Below are positions 10,726-18,732 of a DNA stretch of 64,000 nucleotides, piece by piece (position 1 is the first letter of the stretch; each line of letters opens with the position of its first letter). This stretch comes from Bacteroidales bacterium (GTDB taxonomy: Bacteria; Bacteroidota; Bacteroidia; Bacteroidales; FEN-979). The stretch covers positions 140,685 to 204,684 of the forward strand of contig JBMOIP010000001.1 of NCBI GenBank assembly GCA_049317265.1. The letters are read 5' to 3'. The notes beneath the pieces are model-generated. The model saw only the letters and a program-made list of their open reading frames with translations, had not been told where the DNA came from and did no database searches. A program made the position numbers and the translations under genes.

Positions 10726-10777
10726 ACAGCGAAATAGCGTACATCGTAAAATTAAAATCACAAAATCGTAAATTGAT

Positions 10778-12553
10778 ATGGTTACTACCGTCACTGTAGG
10801 TTTGGGAAGCTGCGGGATCGCCGCTGGTGCAAGTAAAACCTACGAAAAGATCAAAGCGCTGAAGGAATCCGACAAACTCGATTTCGAACTCAAAAAAACC
10901 AGTTGCGTGGGCATGTGCTACCGCGAACCATTGGTGGAAATTACCGATGAAACAGGTACTTACCTCTATGGTGAGGTGGATGCCGACCGTGCGGTGGAGG
11001 TGATTGAGAAACACATCAACCAGCAGGACCCCATCCGTGATTACATTGTGTATACCGACCTGTTCGATGCCCCTGAAAACGATTTTATCGGGGCCCAGGT
11101 GAAGATCGTGCTGCGCAATTGTGGTTACATGGATCCGGAATCCATCGAAGAATATGAATCAAGGGATGGCTATAAAGCCATTAAAAAAATTGCCTCCGAA
11201 AATACCGGGAGGGAAGTGGTCATAGACACCATTCTGAAATCGGGACTTCGCGGCAGGGGCGGTGGCGGTTTCCCCACCGGCCTCAAGTGGAAATTTGCCA
11301 ATGCCAACAAATCTGCCGATAAATATGTGATCTGCAATGCCGATGAAGGCGACCCCGGTGCATTCATGGACCGTTCGGTACTGGAGGGCGACCCCCATTC
11401 AGTGCTCGAAGGGATGATCATCGCAGCATATGCCATCGAAGCAACCGGTGGCGTGATCTATTGTCGTGCCGAGTATCCGCTGGCCATCAAACGGCTGAAT
11501 ATCGCCATCAAACAGGCACACGACAGGGGATACCTTGGGAAAAACATCTTCGGAATTGAAGGATTCAACCTCGATATCTACATCAAGGAGGGCGCCGGTG
11601 CCTTCGTGTGCGGTGAAGAGACCGCCCTCATCGCATCCATCGAAGGTGAACGAGGAATGCCGCGTAAAAGACCACCTTTCCCGGCTGTTTCAGGATTGTG
11701 GAAGAAGCCGACCAACATCAACAACGTCGAAACCTTTGCCAACATTCCATGGATCATCATGAATGGCGCCGAAGCATATGCACAATACGGAACCGAGAAG
11801 AGCAAGGGAACCAAGGTGTTCGCCCTCGCAGGGAAAGTATGCCATTCCGGCCTTGTTGAAGTACCGATGGGAATGACCATCCGGGATGTGATTTTCAAAC
11901 TGGGCGGCGGGATCAAGAACAATAAAAAATTTAAAGCTGTTCAGATGGGGGGGCCTTCGGGAGGATGTATCCCCGAATATCTCTCTGATACCATCGTGGA
12001 TTATGATTCGGTGAACGCAACCGGCGCCATCATGGGTTCCGGCGGCATGGTGGTAATGGACGAAACTACCTGTATGGTGGATGTCGCCAAGTTCTTCCTC
12101 GATTTTACCTGCAAGGAGAGCTGTGGAAAATGTACTTTCTGCAGGATGGGCACAAAGAGAATGCTCGAAATCCTCGACCGGATCACCAATGGCCATGGAA
12201 AAGAGGGCGATCTCGAAAAGCTTGAAGAGCTGGCTTACCAGATCAAGGATAACTCTTTGTGCGGACTCGGACAAACTGCTCCAAACCCGGTGCTTACTAC
12301 CATCCGCTATTTCAGGGATGAGTATGAAGCCCACATCAACCATAAAAAATGCCCTGCCAAAGTTTGCCGCCCGCTGCTGACCTACAAAGTGGATGAAGAG
12401 AAGTGCACGGGGTGCATGGTTTGTCTGAAAAACTGCCCTGTGAAAGCCATCACCGGCGAGCGCAAGCAAAAGCACCTGATCAACCAGGATCTCTGCACAA
12501 AATGCGGTGTATGCTTCTCCAAGTGCAAATTTGAATCCATCCTGCTATCATAA
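10778..12553 (+). CDS. NuoF/HndC/HydB-like NADH- and FMN-binding subunit with extra N- and C-terminal Fe-S domains
   Basis: The N-terminal thioredoxin-like 2Fe-2S has GLGSCGIAAG...CVGMCYREP. The FMN/NADH site is GLRGRGGGGFPTGLKW, and the N3 cluster region is ESCGKCTFCR. The C-terminal 2x[4Fe-4S] ferredoxin has CTGCMVCLKNCP...CTKCGVCFSKC. Confidence 0.9.
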   Translation: MVTTVTVGLGSCGIAAGASKTYEKIKALKESDKLDFELKKTSCVGMCYREPLVEITDETGTYLYGEVDADRAVEVIEKHINQQDPIRDYIVYTDLFDAPENDFIGAQVKIVLRNCGYMDPESIEEYESRDGYKAIKKIASENTGREVVIDTILKSGLRGRGGGGFPTGLKWKFANANKSADKYVICNADEGDPGAFMDRSVLEGDPHSVLEGMIIAAYAIEATGGVIYCRAEYPLAIKRLNIAIKQAHDRGYLGKNIFGIEGFNLDIYIKEGAGAFVCGEETALIASIEGERGMPRKRPPFPAVSGLWKKPTNINNVETFANIPWIIMNGAEAYAQYGTEKSKGTKVFALAGKVCHSGLVEVPMGMTIRDVIFKLGGGIKNNKKFKAVQMGGPSGGCIPEYLSDTIVDYDSVNATGAIMGSGGMVVMDETTCMVDVAKFFLDFTCKESCGKCTFCRMGTKRMLEILDRITNGHGKEGDLEKLEELAYQIKDNSLCGLGQTAPNPVLTTIRYFRDEYEAHINHKKCPAKVCRPLLTYKVDEEKCTGCMVCLKNCPVKAITGERKQKHLINQDLCTKCGVCFSKCKFESILLS

Positions 12554-12602
12554 TTTTTCACATTTCGCATTTCACATTTCAAATTTCACATTTCACATTT
12601 TT
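12554..12602. repeat. Heptamer tandem repeat ATTTCAC (about 7 units) filling the intergenic spacer
   Basis: TTTTTCA CATTTCG CATTTCA CATTTCA AATTTCA CATTTCA CATTTTT lies between the TAA at 12551-12553 and the ATG at 12606. The ORF-track N-terminal extension (HFAFHISNFTFHIF) is simply a translation of this repeat. Confidence 0.9.
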
Positions 12603-12605
12603 TCT

Positions 12606-15600
12606 ATGTCAGACAATTCATTAAACATCATACTCAACGGTAATATCGTTAAAGGTTTCCAGGGTGAAACCATTCTGGAACTCGCTAACCGCCATGGAAT
12701 TGAGATCCCTACTTTGTGCAATGACGAGCGCCTCGAACCATTTACCTCCTGCTACGTTTGTGTTGTGGAGGTAGAGGGGATGCGCGGGCACCAACCCTCC
12801 TGCTCTACCAAACTCACAGAAGGGATGAAGATCATCACCGATAATGAAGGGATTCGGAAGTCGAGGAAAATGGCGCTGGAGCTGATGCTCAGCAACCATT
12901 ATGCCGACTGCATCGGCCCCTGCAAGCAGACCTGTCCTGCCGGTGTCGACGTACAGGGCTATATCTCCCTGATCGACAAGGGGCAGTACAGTGAAGCTGT
13001 TGCGCTGATCAAAGAGACTAATCCTTTGCCTGCCATTTGCGGTCGGGTATGCGTCCGCCCATGCGAAACCGAATGCCGCCGCAACCTTCTCGACGAAGGC
13101 GCCCCGGTTGGCATCGACTACCTGAAGCGGTTTGCATCAGACTACGACCTGGCGTCTCCGGATAAATATGTACCTAAGGTAAAACCATCGACTGGGAAAA
13201 AAGTAGCAGTGATCGGCGCCGGACCTGGCGGTTTATCTGTTGGCCATTTTATGCAGATTGAGGGTCACCAGGTGGATATCTACGAAGCCGCCCCCAAATC
13301 GGGTGGATGGCTGCGCTATGGAATTCCCGAATACCGCCTGCCAAACGACATTCTTGACCAGGAGGTAAAGAACATCACCGATCTCGGGGTCAATATCTTC
13401 TACAATAAAAAGCTGGGCGAAAATGTCAGCTATAAGGAGCTGAAATCCTCCTATGATGCGACAGTTCTGACCATCGGTTCACAAAAAGGGACCGGTGTGG
13501 GCTGTGAAGGCGACGATGCCGGCAATGTGTTTTCAGGAATCGACTTCCTGAAAAACATGGAAGTTACCGGTCAACGGTACGATTTCCGCGGGAAGACCAT
13601 TGCCGTGGTGGGTGGAGGAAATACAGCCATGGACTGCTGCCGTACTTCGATCCGTTGCAAAGCTGATAAAGTATATGTGATCTATCGCCGCACCGAAAAA
13701 GAGATGCCGGCCAACCCGATCGAAATTCATGAATCGAAGCTGGAAGGTGTTGAATACCTGTTTCTTACACTACCAAAGAAGATCAATAAAAACGCTGCCG
13801 GGGAGGTGGAGTCTGTAACCTGTATCAAGATGGAACTCGGTGAACCGGATGCCTCCGGACGTCGCCGACCGGTGCCGGTTGAAGGCTCCGATTTCGAACT
13901 TCCTGTAAACTATATTCTCGCAGCCATCGGACAGAAAACCGAGGTGAATTTCATCGACGACATCAATAACCATACTGAAACCGGGGAGTTGAAAATAAAT
14001 AAGTGGGGTGACATTGATGCCGACAAGGCAACCCTGCAGACAGGAATTCCTTCGATGTTCGCTGCCGGTGATGGTGTTACAGGTCCCGCCACCATCATCG
14101 AGGCCATTGCCCAGGCACGGATCGCCTCCACCAGCGCTCACCAGTACCTGATGGGATTGCCGATTCAACCGGTTAAAAAGCCCTTTACGAGTAAACGTGA
14201 TAATTTCAAAAAACAACAAAAGGATGCGTACCTCGGAAATTTTGAAACCCAGGTCCGTGAGGAGATGCCAACGCTGCCCGCCGATGCCCGTTTTAACTTC
14301 AACGAAGTGGAACTGGGGTATGACGGCGCCGAAGTAGCCCACCATGAAGCCCAACGTTGCCTGGAGTGCGGCTGTGTCGCTTTTCTCGATTGCGATCTGC
14401 AGAAATATTCAAGCGAATACAACGCTCAGCAGAAATCCTTTGAAGGAGAATTCAGGGAGTACCAGGTTGATTTCCGCCATCCATACATTGAGATCGACAA
14501 CAACAAATGTATCCTTTGTGCCCGCTGCGTGCGTATTTGCCGCGAAGTTGTCGGCGCCAATGCCCTTGGATTGATCAACCGTGGTTTTCATACCTATGTT
14601 GCACCAAGCATGGGAGAAGCGCTGCAGGACACCCAGTGCGAATCCTGCGGGATGTGCATCTCTACCTGTCCTACCGGTGCGATCACCGAGAATGTACTGT
14701 TCAAACCTGGTCCTGTCAAGTCCGATCCCGTTGCGACCATCTGCAACTACTGCTCAGTGGGATGTGCCATTGAATTACATCAGAAGAATGGTTTTATTCT
14801 GGGCGCTACAGGAAAAAAAGGACTGATCAACCAGGATGGCAACCTCTGCAGGTTACCGAAGTTTGGATATCAATACCTTAATGATCTCACCCGTATCACC
14901 AAACCGTTGCTGAAAGTCAACGGAAAGTTCGAAGAGATCACTTTTGAAAAGGCATTTCAGCTGATCAGGGAGAAGATCAAGGCGGTGAAACCCAATGAAA
15001 ACGCATTTTTCGGCGGGGCAAGGTTATCGAATGAAGAACTCTACCTTGTTCATAAACTAGCCCGTGGCGCTGCAAAGACCAATAACATAGGCAGTTTTCA
15101 TTACCTCGGAAGGGGTGAGGGTTACCGCAGCAATTGCGAACTCAATGCACCATTTGCTGAAATCGGCGGGGCCAGTGCACTTTATCTCCTGGGAACCGAG
15201 ATCAACAGGGATCATGCGGTGGTGGGGTTCATGGTTCAGAATGCGCACCATATGAAGAAGACCCCGGTCATCATGGTTACGGAAAAGGCCGACAATGTCA
15301 TGTCGCACAAGGTCACCAGGCAGATTGTCGTAAAATCCTACTACCATTTTGTCAAGGCGGTGAACCACTACCTCCTCTCCAAAGGATTGGAAAATGCACT
15401 GTTCCTCCGCGACCGCGTTGAAGGATTTGAAGGGTATAAAGCGATGCTGCTGAAAGAGGATTTCGATGCACTGGTTACCGCTTCCGGTATCACCTCTGCT
15501 GAAATAGCCACTTTTGCTGAAGCTTATAACAATGAAATCAACGCCATCCTGGTGTTTTCTGAAAAGGAGGCCTCTGGCAATACATCCAAGGAGTTGTTCA

Positions 15601-16316
15601 ACCTGGCCAGGATTACCGGCAAACTTGGCAAGTCGGCCAACGGCTTGATCGCGCTGAAGGAGAAGAATAATTCACAGGGTGTATTTGATATGGGGGTTAG
15701 TCCGCATCTTGGAATCGGCGGCCAGGATATCGCCGACACTGAATACACCAACAGGCTTAAAGAGAAGTGGGGCCTTACCGAAATCGCCGGTGAAGATACC
15801 GAGTGTCTCCACGGAATCCTTTCTGAGGGCAGTGTCCGCAACCTCTTTATTTTTGGTGAAGACCCTATCGGATGTGCCATCGACCGTTCATCCATTGAGA
15901 AGGTCTTTTCCCAGGCTACATTTAAAGTTGTGCAGGATTTTTTCCTCACAGATTCAGCCAAAGCGGCCGACCTGGTGTTGCCCGCGTCTCTTCCTGTTGA
16001 AATAGGCGGCACTTTTACAAACGCCCAAAAAGTCATCCAGGATTTTGAAAAAGTACTGAACTCGCGCATTTCAAAAACTTCATTGCAGCAATTTGCCGGA
16101 ATTCTAAGCGAATTTGGAATGAATACACCTGAAAATCCACGCGATATCTTTATGGAAGTGATTACATTGCTGCCCGGAAAGAAAGACCATGGCAAACTGC
16201 TGATGCGCCCTACCAGGGAAGATAATAACAAACGCCATTACAACCATGGCTGCGACATGATCACCATGCGTTTTGAAGAAGAGTTTCAATCATCCATCGT
16301 CAACCATCAATCGTAA
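12606..16316 (+). CDS. 1236-aa fusion: [2Fe-2S] ferredoxin domain, GltD-like NAD(P)H/FAD module, then a NuoG/FdhA-like Fe-S and molybdopterin-fold domain (catalytic Cys/Sec apparently absent)
   Basis: The N-terminal 2Fe-2S domain has IEIPTLCNDERLEPFTSCYVCVVEV. GltD signatures are CPAGVDVQGYISLI...NPLPAICGRVCVRPCETECRR and the Rossmann motifs VAVIGAGPGGLSVG and IAVVGGGNTAMDC. Next come CLECGC, NNKCILCARCVRIC and CESCGMCISTCP, then the molybdopterin-type 4Fe-4S CNYCSVGC. I take the start at the ATG at 12606, after the heptamer repeat. Confidence 0.8.
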   Translation: MSDNSLNIILNGNIVKGFQGETILELANRHGIEIPTLCNDERLEPFTSCYVCVVEVEGMRGHQPSCSTKLTEGMKIITDNEGIRKSRKMALELMLSNHYADCIGPCKQTCPAGVDVQGYISLIDKGQYSEAVALIKETNPLPAICGRVCVRPCETECRRNLLDEGAPVGIDYLKRFASDYDLASPDKYVPKVKPSTGKKVAVIGAGPGGLSVGHFMQIEGHQVDIYEAAPKSGGWLRYGIPEYRLPNDILDQEVKNITDLGVNIFYNKKLGENVSYKELKSSYDATVLTIGSQKGTGVGCEGDDAGNVFSGIDFLKNMEVTGQRYDFRGKTIAVVGGGNTAMDCCRTSIRCKADKVYVIYRRTEKEMPANPIEIHESKLEGVEYLFLTLPKKINKNAAGEVESVTCIKMELGEPDASGRRRPVPVEGSDFELPVNYILAAIGQKTEVNFIDDINNHTETGELKINKWGDIDADKATLQTGIPSMFAAGDGVTGPATIIEAIAQARIASTSAHQYLMGLPIQPVKKPFTSKRDNFKKQQKDAYLGNFETQVREEMPTLPADARFNFNEVELGYDGAEVAHHEAQRCLECGCVAFLDCDLQKYSSEYNAQQKSFEGEFREYQVDFRHPYIEIDNNKCILCARCVRICREVVGANALGLINRGFHTYVAPSMGEALQDTQCESCGMCISTCPTGAITENVLFKPGPVKSDPVATICNYCSVGCAIELHQKNGFILGATGKKGLINQDGNLCRLPKFGYQYLNDLTRITKPLLKVNGKFEEITFEKAFQLIREKIKAVKPNENAFFGGARLSNEELYLVHKLARGAAKTNNIGSFHYLGRGEGYRSNCELNAPFAEIGGASALYLLGTEINRDHAVVGFMVQNAHHMKKTPVIMVTEKADNVMSHKVTRQIVVKSYYHFVKAVNHYLLSKGLENALFLRDRVEGFEGYKAMLLKEDFDALVTASGITSAEIATFAEAYNNEINAILVFSEKEASGNTSKELFNLARITGKLGKSANGLIALKEKNNSQGVFDMGVSPHLGIGGQDIADTEYTNRLKEKWGLTEIAGEDTECLHGILSEGSVRNLFIFGEDPIGCAIDRSSIEKVFSQATFKVVQDFFLTDSAKAADLVLPASLPVEIGGTFTNAQKVIQDFEKVLNSRISKTSLQQFAGILSEFGMNTPENPRDIFMEVITLLPGKKDHGKLLMRPTREDNNKRHYNHGCDMITMRFEEEFQSSIVNHQS

Positions 16317-16320
16317 ATCA

Positions 16321-16776
16321 ATGAAGGAGTTCAACAACATAACCGAGATCCTCGACTTTGCCATCGGGGAGGAGCAGGCGGCCGTAGATTTTTATCTGCA
16401 CCTTGCCAGTCAGTCAAAAAACAAGCAGACTCAGAAAATATTTGAGGAGTATGCCGAAGAGGAGATGCGGCACAAAGCCAACCTCCTGTCCGTTAAGGAG
16501 AGTGGCAGTTTCATGCTTTCAGATGCAAAGGTCAAAGATCTCCGGATCGCTGAATACCTTGTGGATGTGAAACCTTCGGCCAATATGTCGTACCAGGATG
16601 CCCTTATCCTTGCCATGAAAAAGGAGAAGGCTGCATTCAGGATGTATTCCAAACTTGCTGAAAAGGCCGATGATCCTGATGTAAGGGAGCTATTCCTGAA
16701 GCTTGCCATGGAAGAGTCAAAACATAAACTTGCCTTTGAAGTGGAATATGATGATTTCATCCTGAAGGAAAACTAA
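16321..16776 (+). CDS. Rubrerythrin/ferritin-like di-iron four-helix-bundle protein (no rubredoxin domain)
   Basis: Paired E...ExxH motifs are present (EEQAAVDFY...EEEMRHK and KKEKAAFRMY...MEESKHK). I take the start at MKEFNNITEIL, 4 nt after the upstream stop codon. Confidence 0.6.
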   Translation: MKEFNNITEILDFAIGEEQAAVDFYLHLASQSKNKQTQKIFEEYAEEEMRHKANLLSVKESGSFMLSDAKVKDLRIAEYLVDVKPSANMSYQDALILAMKKEKAAFRMYSKLAEKADDPDVRELFLKLAMEESKHKLAFEVEYDDFILKEN

Positions 16777-16792
16777 CAAGTAATATCACCAC

Positions 16793-16846
16793 GAAGGCGC
16801 AAAGCCGCAAAACTATTTCCGATTTTTTTGCGTTCTTTGCGCCTTC
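16793..16846 (+). terminator. Long two-tier hairpin after the rubrerythrin-like gene
   Basis: GAAGGCGCAAAG (16793-16804) pairs perfectly with CTTTGCGCCTTC (16835-16846). An inner stem forms between CGCAAAA and TTTTGCG. The structure lies 17 nt after the stop codon. Confidence 0.55.
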
Positions 16847-16880
16847 ATGTCATTTAGTGGTATTTACAAACGAGGGTTTT

Positions 16881-18695
16881 ATGGCAAAGCAGCAGGCTAA
16901 AAAGATCAAACAGAAGAATCAACAGGGCGCCGGATTCTGGGACATAGTTACCAGGGTTCCCTTCATTTACCTGGTGTTTTTTCTCCTCGCCTTTATCATC
17001 TACGGACAGGTGCTCAAGTTCTATCTTGGAAAATTTGACGAGGACCTGCTGATCTTGGGAAATTTGAATATGCTGAAGGACCTGGCCAACCTGAAAATGG
17101 CCTTCCTGAGAGATGCTTTCCTGAGTCAGAAGGGTGTGTCGTTTTATAGGCCGCTTCAAACAGTTACCTATATGATAGATGCCCAGTTTTTCCATGCCAG
17201 GGGATCGGTTTTTTATGTAACCAATATACTTTTACATGCTGCTGCATGTTCAGCCCTGTTTTACCTGTTAACCTTGCTTGGAAACAACCGAAAAGCTGCC
17301 TTTATCTTTACATTGCTTTACCTGGCGAGTCCGCTCTTTGTGCACGCCATTGCATGGGCGCCGTCGCGCGGCGATCTGCTCATCGGGTTAACCGGCTTGC
17401 TTTCGATGGTCTTCTTTATTAAAATGGCTGCAACCGGTGAGTTTAAATATGGTATTTTTACGCTGCTCGCATTTTTAGCCGCCATGTTTTCCAAGGAAAC
17501 GGCCATTCTCATTCCGGTGATGATCTTGTTGTACTACATATTTCTTGAAAAAGAGAGAAAGCTGCCCTTGGTTTCCCTGCTGCTGCTCGCTGCGGGATTC
17601 CTGGTAATCATTGTCCTCTATTTTTACATGCGGTCACAGGTCGTGAAATTATCAGCGCCCCCTGCTGAGTTTGGCCTGGGGCCATTGGTTCATAACCTAA
17701 GGACCCTGCCAGAGTATATTGGCAAATTTTTCATCCCGTTCAATCTGTCTCCAATGGCCGGTTTTACGGTCCTGAGTACCTTACTGGGGCTTGTTTTACT
17801 GGCAGCTCTTGTTATTTTATCGTTCCGTTTTACGCATAAACCCTATACAAAGGTACTTTTTGGTTTTACCTGGTTTCTCATATTTTTCATTCCGGGGGCC
17901 ATGTACAGCCATAAACTTGGAGGAGCGGCCTACAATTATCTTGAGCATCGGGCTTATCTACCGATGGCGGGGATCATTATGATGTTGTTCTTTATTTTCG
18001 ATGGTATTCCTGAAGGAAGGGTGAAAAGCCGCATGGCAGATTACACCATGGTTTTAGCGCTTATCCTCGGGATATACGCTTTCATCTATACCGGGAATTA
18101 TGAGAATCCGATGGTTTTCTACAACCATGCCATCAGCTCAAATCCCGCCTCTGCCCTGGCCCTGAGTAACCGGGGACTCATAAAGGCCGATCTCAAGGAT
18201 TTCAAGGGCGCCGTTGCGGATTATGAAAAAGCTGTTGCCATTAAGCCCGATTATGCACAGGCCTATGTGAATAAGGGGATTTCGCTTGCCGCCCTGAACG
18301 ATTATGCCGGGGCGATCGAACAATACAATACGGCTGTTGGATTTGAACCTGGATTGTTCCAGGCACATTTCAACAAAGCCAATGCCCAGGTGGAACTTGG
18401 GTTGTTCCATGAGGCATTGAAGGAGTACGACCTATCTGTCGATCTCTTTCCAACCTTCGCACAGGCCTATACGGCAAGGGGCATGACATACTATCGTCTC
18501 CAGAACTTTCCCGAAGCAGAAAAAGATTATACCAGCGCCATCAGGCTCAACGATAAATTGGCCTCTGCCTACACGAACAGGGGGAAGATCAGGTTCAATA
18601 ACCATGACAGGGATGCAGCCTGTACCGATTGGAAGGCAGCTGCCACGCTGGGTGACAACGAAGCAAACGAGCTTCTTGGGAAATACTGTAAATAG
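16881..18695 (+). CDS. TMTC-like / DUF1736-type GT-C fold membrane protein with C-terminal TPR repeats
   Basis: About 400 aa of multi-pass membrane domain containing the FYRPLQTVTYMID motif, followed by at least 5 TPR units (e.g. AVADYEKAVAIKPDYAQAYVNKG, AEKDYTSAIRLNDKLASAYTNRG). I take the start at the ATG at 16881 (MAKQQAKK). Confidence 0.6.
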   Translation: MAKQQAKKIKQKNQQGAGFWDIVTRVPFIYLVFFLLAFIIYGQVLKFYLGKFDEDLLILGNLNMLKDLANLKMAFLRDAFLSQKGVSFYRPLQTVTYMIDAQFFHARGSVFYVTNILLHAAACSALFYLLTLLGNNRKAAFIFTLLYLASPLFVHAIAWAPSRGDLLIGLTGLLSMVFFIKMAATGEFKYGIFTLLAFLAAMFSKETAILIPVMILLYYIFLEKERKLPLVSLLLLAAGFLVIIVLYFYMRSQVVKLSAPPAEFGLGPLVHNLRTLPEYIGKFFIPFNLSPMAGFTVLSTLLGLVLLAALVILSFRFTHKPYTKVLFGFTWFLIFFIPGAMYSHKLGGAAYNYLEHRAYLPMAGIIMMLFFIFDGIPEGRVKSRMADYTMVLALILGIYAFIYTGNYENPMVFYNHAISSNPASALALSNRGLIKADLKDFKGAVADYEKAVAIKPDYAQAYVNKGISLAALNDYAGAIEQYNTAVGFEPGLFQAHFNKANAQVELGLFHEALKEYDLSVDLFPTFAQAYTARGMTYYRLQNFPEAEKDYTSAIRLNDKLASAYTNRGKIRFNNHDRDAACTDWKAAATLGDNEANELLGKYCK

Positions 18696-18732
18696 GTCTT
18701 TTAACCTTTTTTAAACTTGTGCATGAAGGCCA

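Noticed and set aside
11690-12475. Long antisense ORFs inside well-supported genes. Examples: 11690-12475 (-), 13770-14354 (-), 15524-16231 (-), 6289-6882 (-), 866-1414 (-), 32088-32627 (-), 49348-49872 (-).
   Set aside because: They lie fully within, and opposite to, genes with strong family signatures. Their translations are low-complexity or Arg/Gly/Pro-rich shadow frames with no recognisable motifs.
12507-12605. N-terminal extension of the fusion-protein ORF (start at 12507)
   Set aside because: The extension overlaps the end of the NuoF-like gene and translates the heptamer repeat (HFAFHISNFTFHIF). The ATG at 12606 gives the normal 2Fe-2S domain N-terminus.
12606-16316. Annotating the large fusion protein as an NAD(P)-dependent formate dehydrogenase alpha subunit
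   Set aside because: By eye, the expected Cys/Sec-His Mo-ligand segment is replaced by NNIGSFHYLGRG. No C-terminal MGD-binding barrel, fdhD/fdhE or moa/mob genes are evident. I keep only the scaffold-like NuoG/FdhA fold call.
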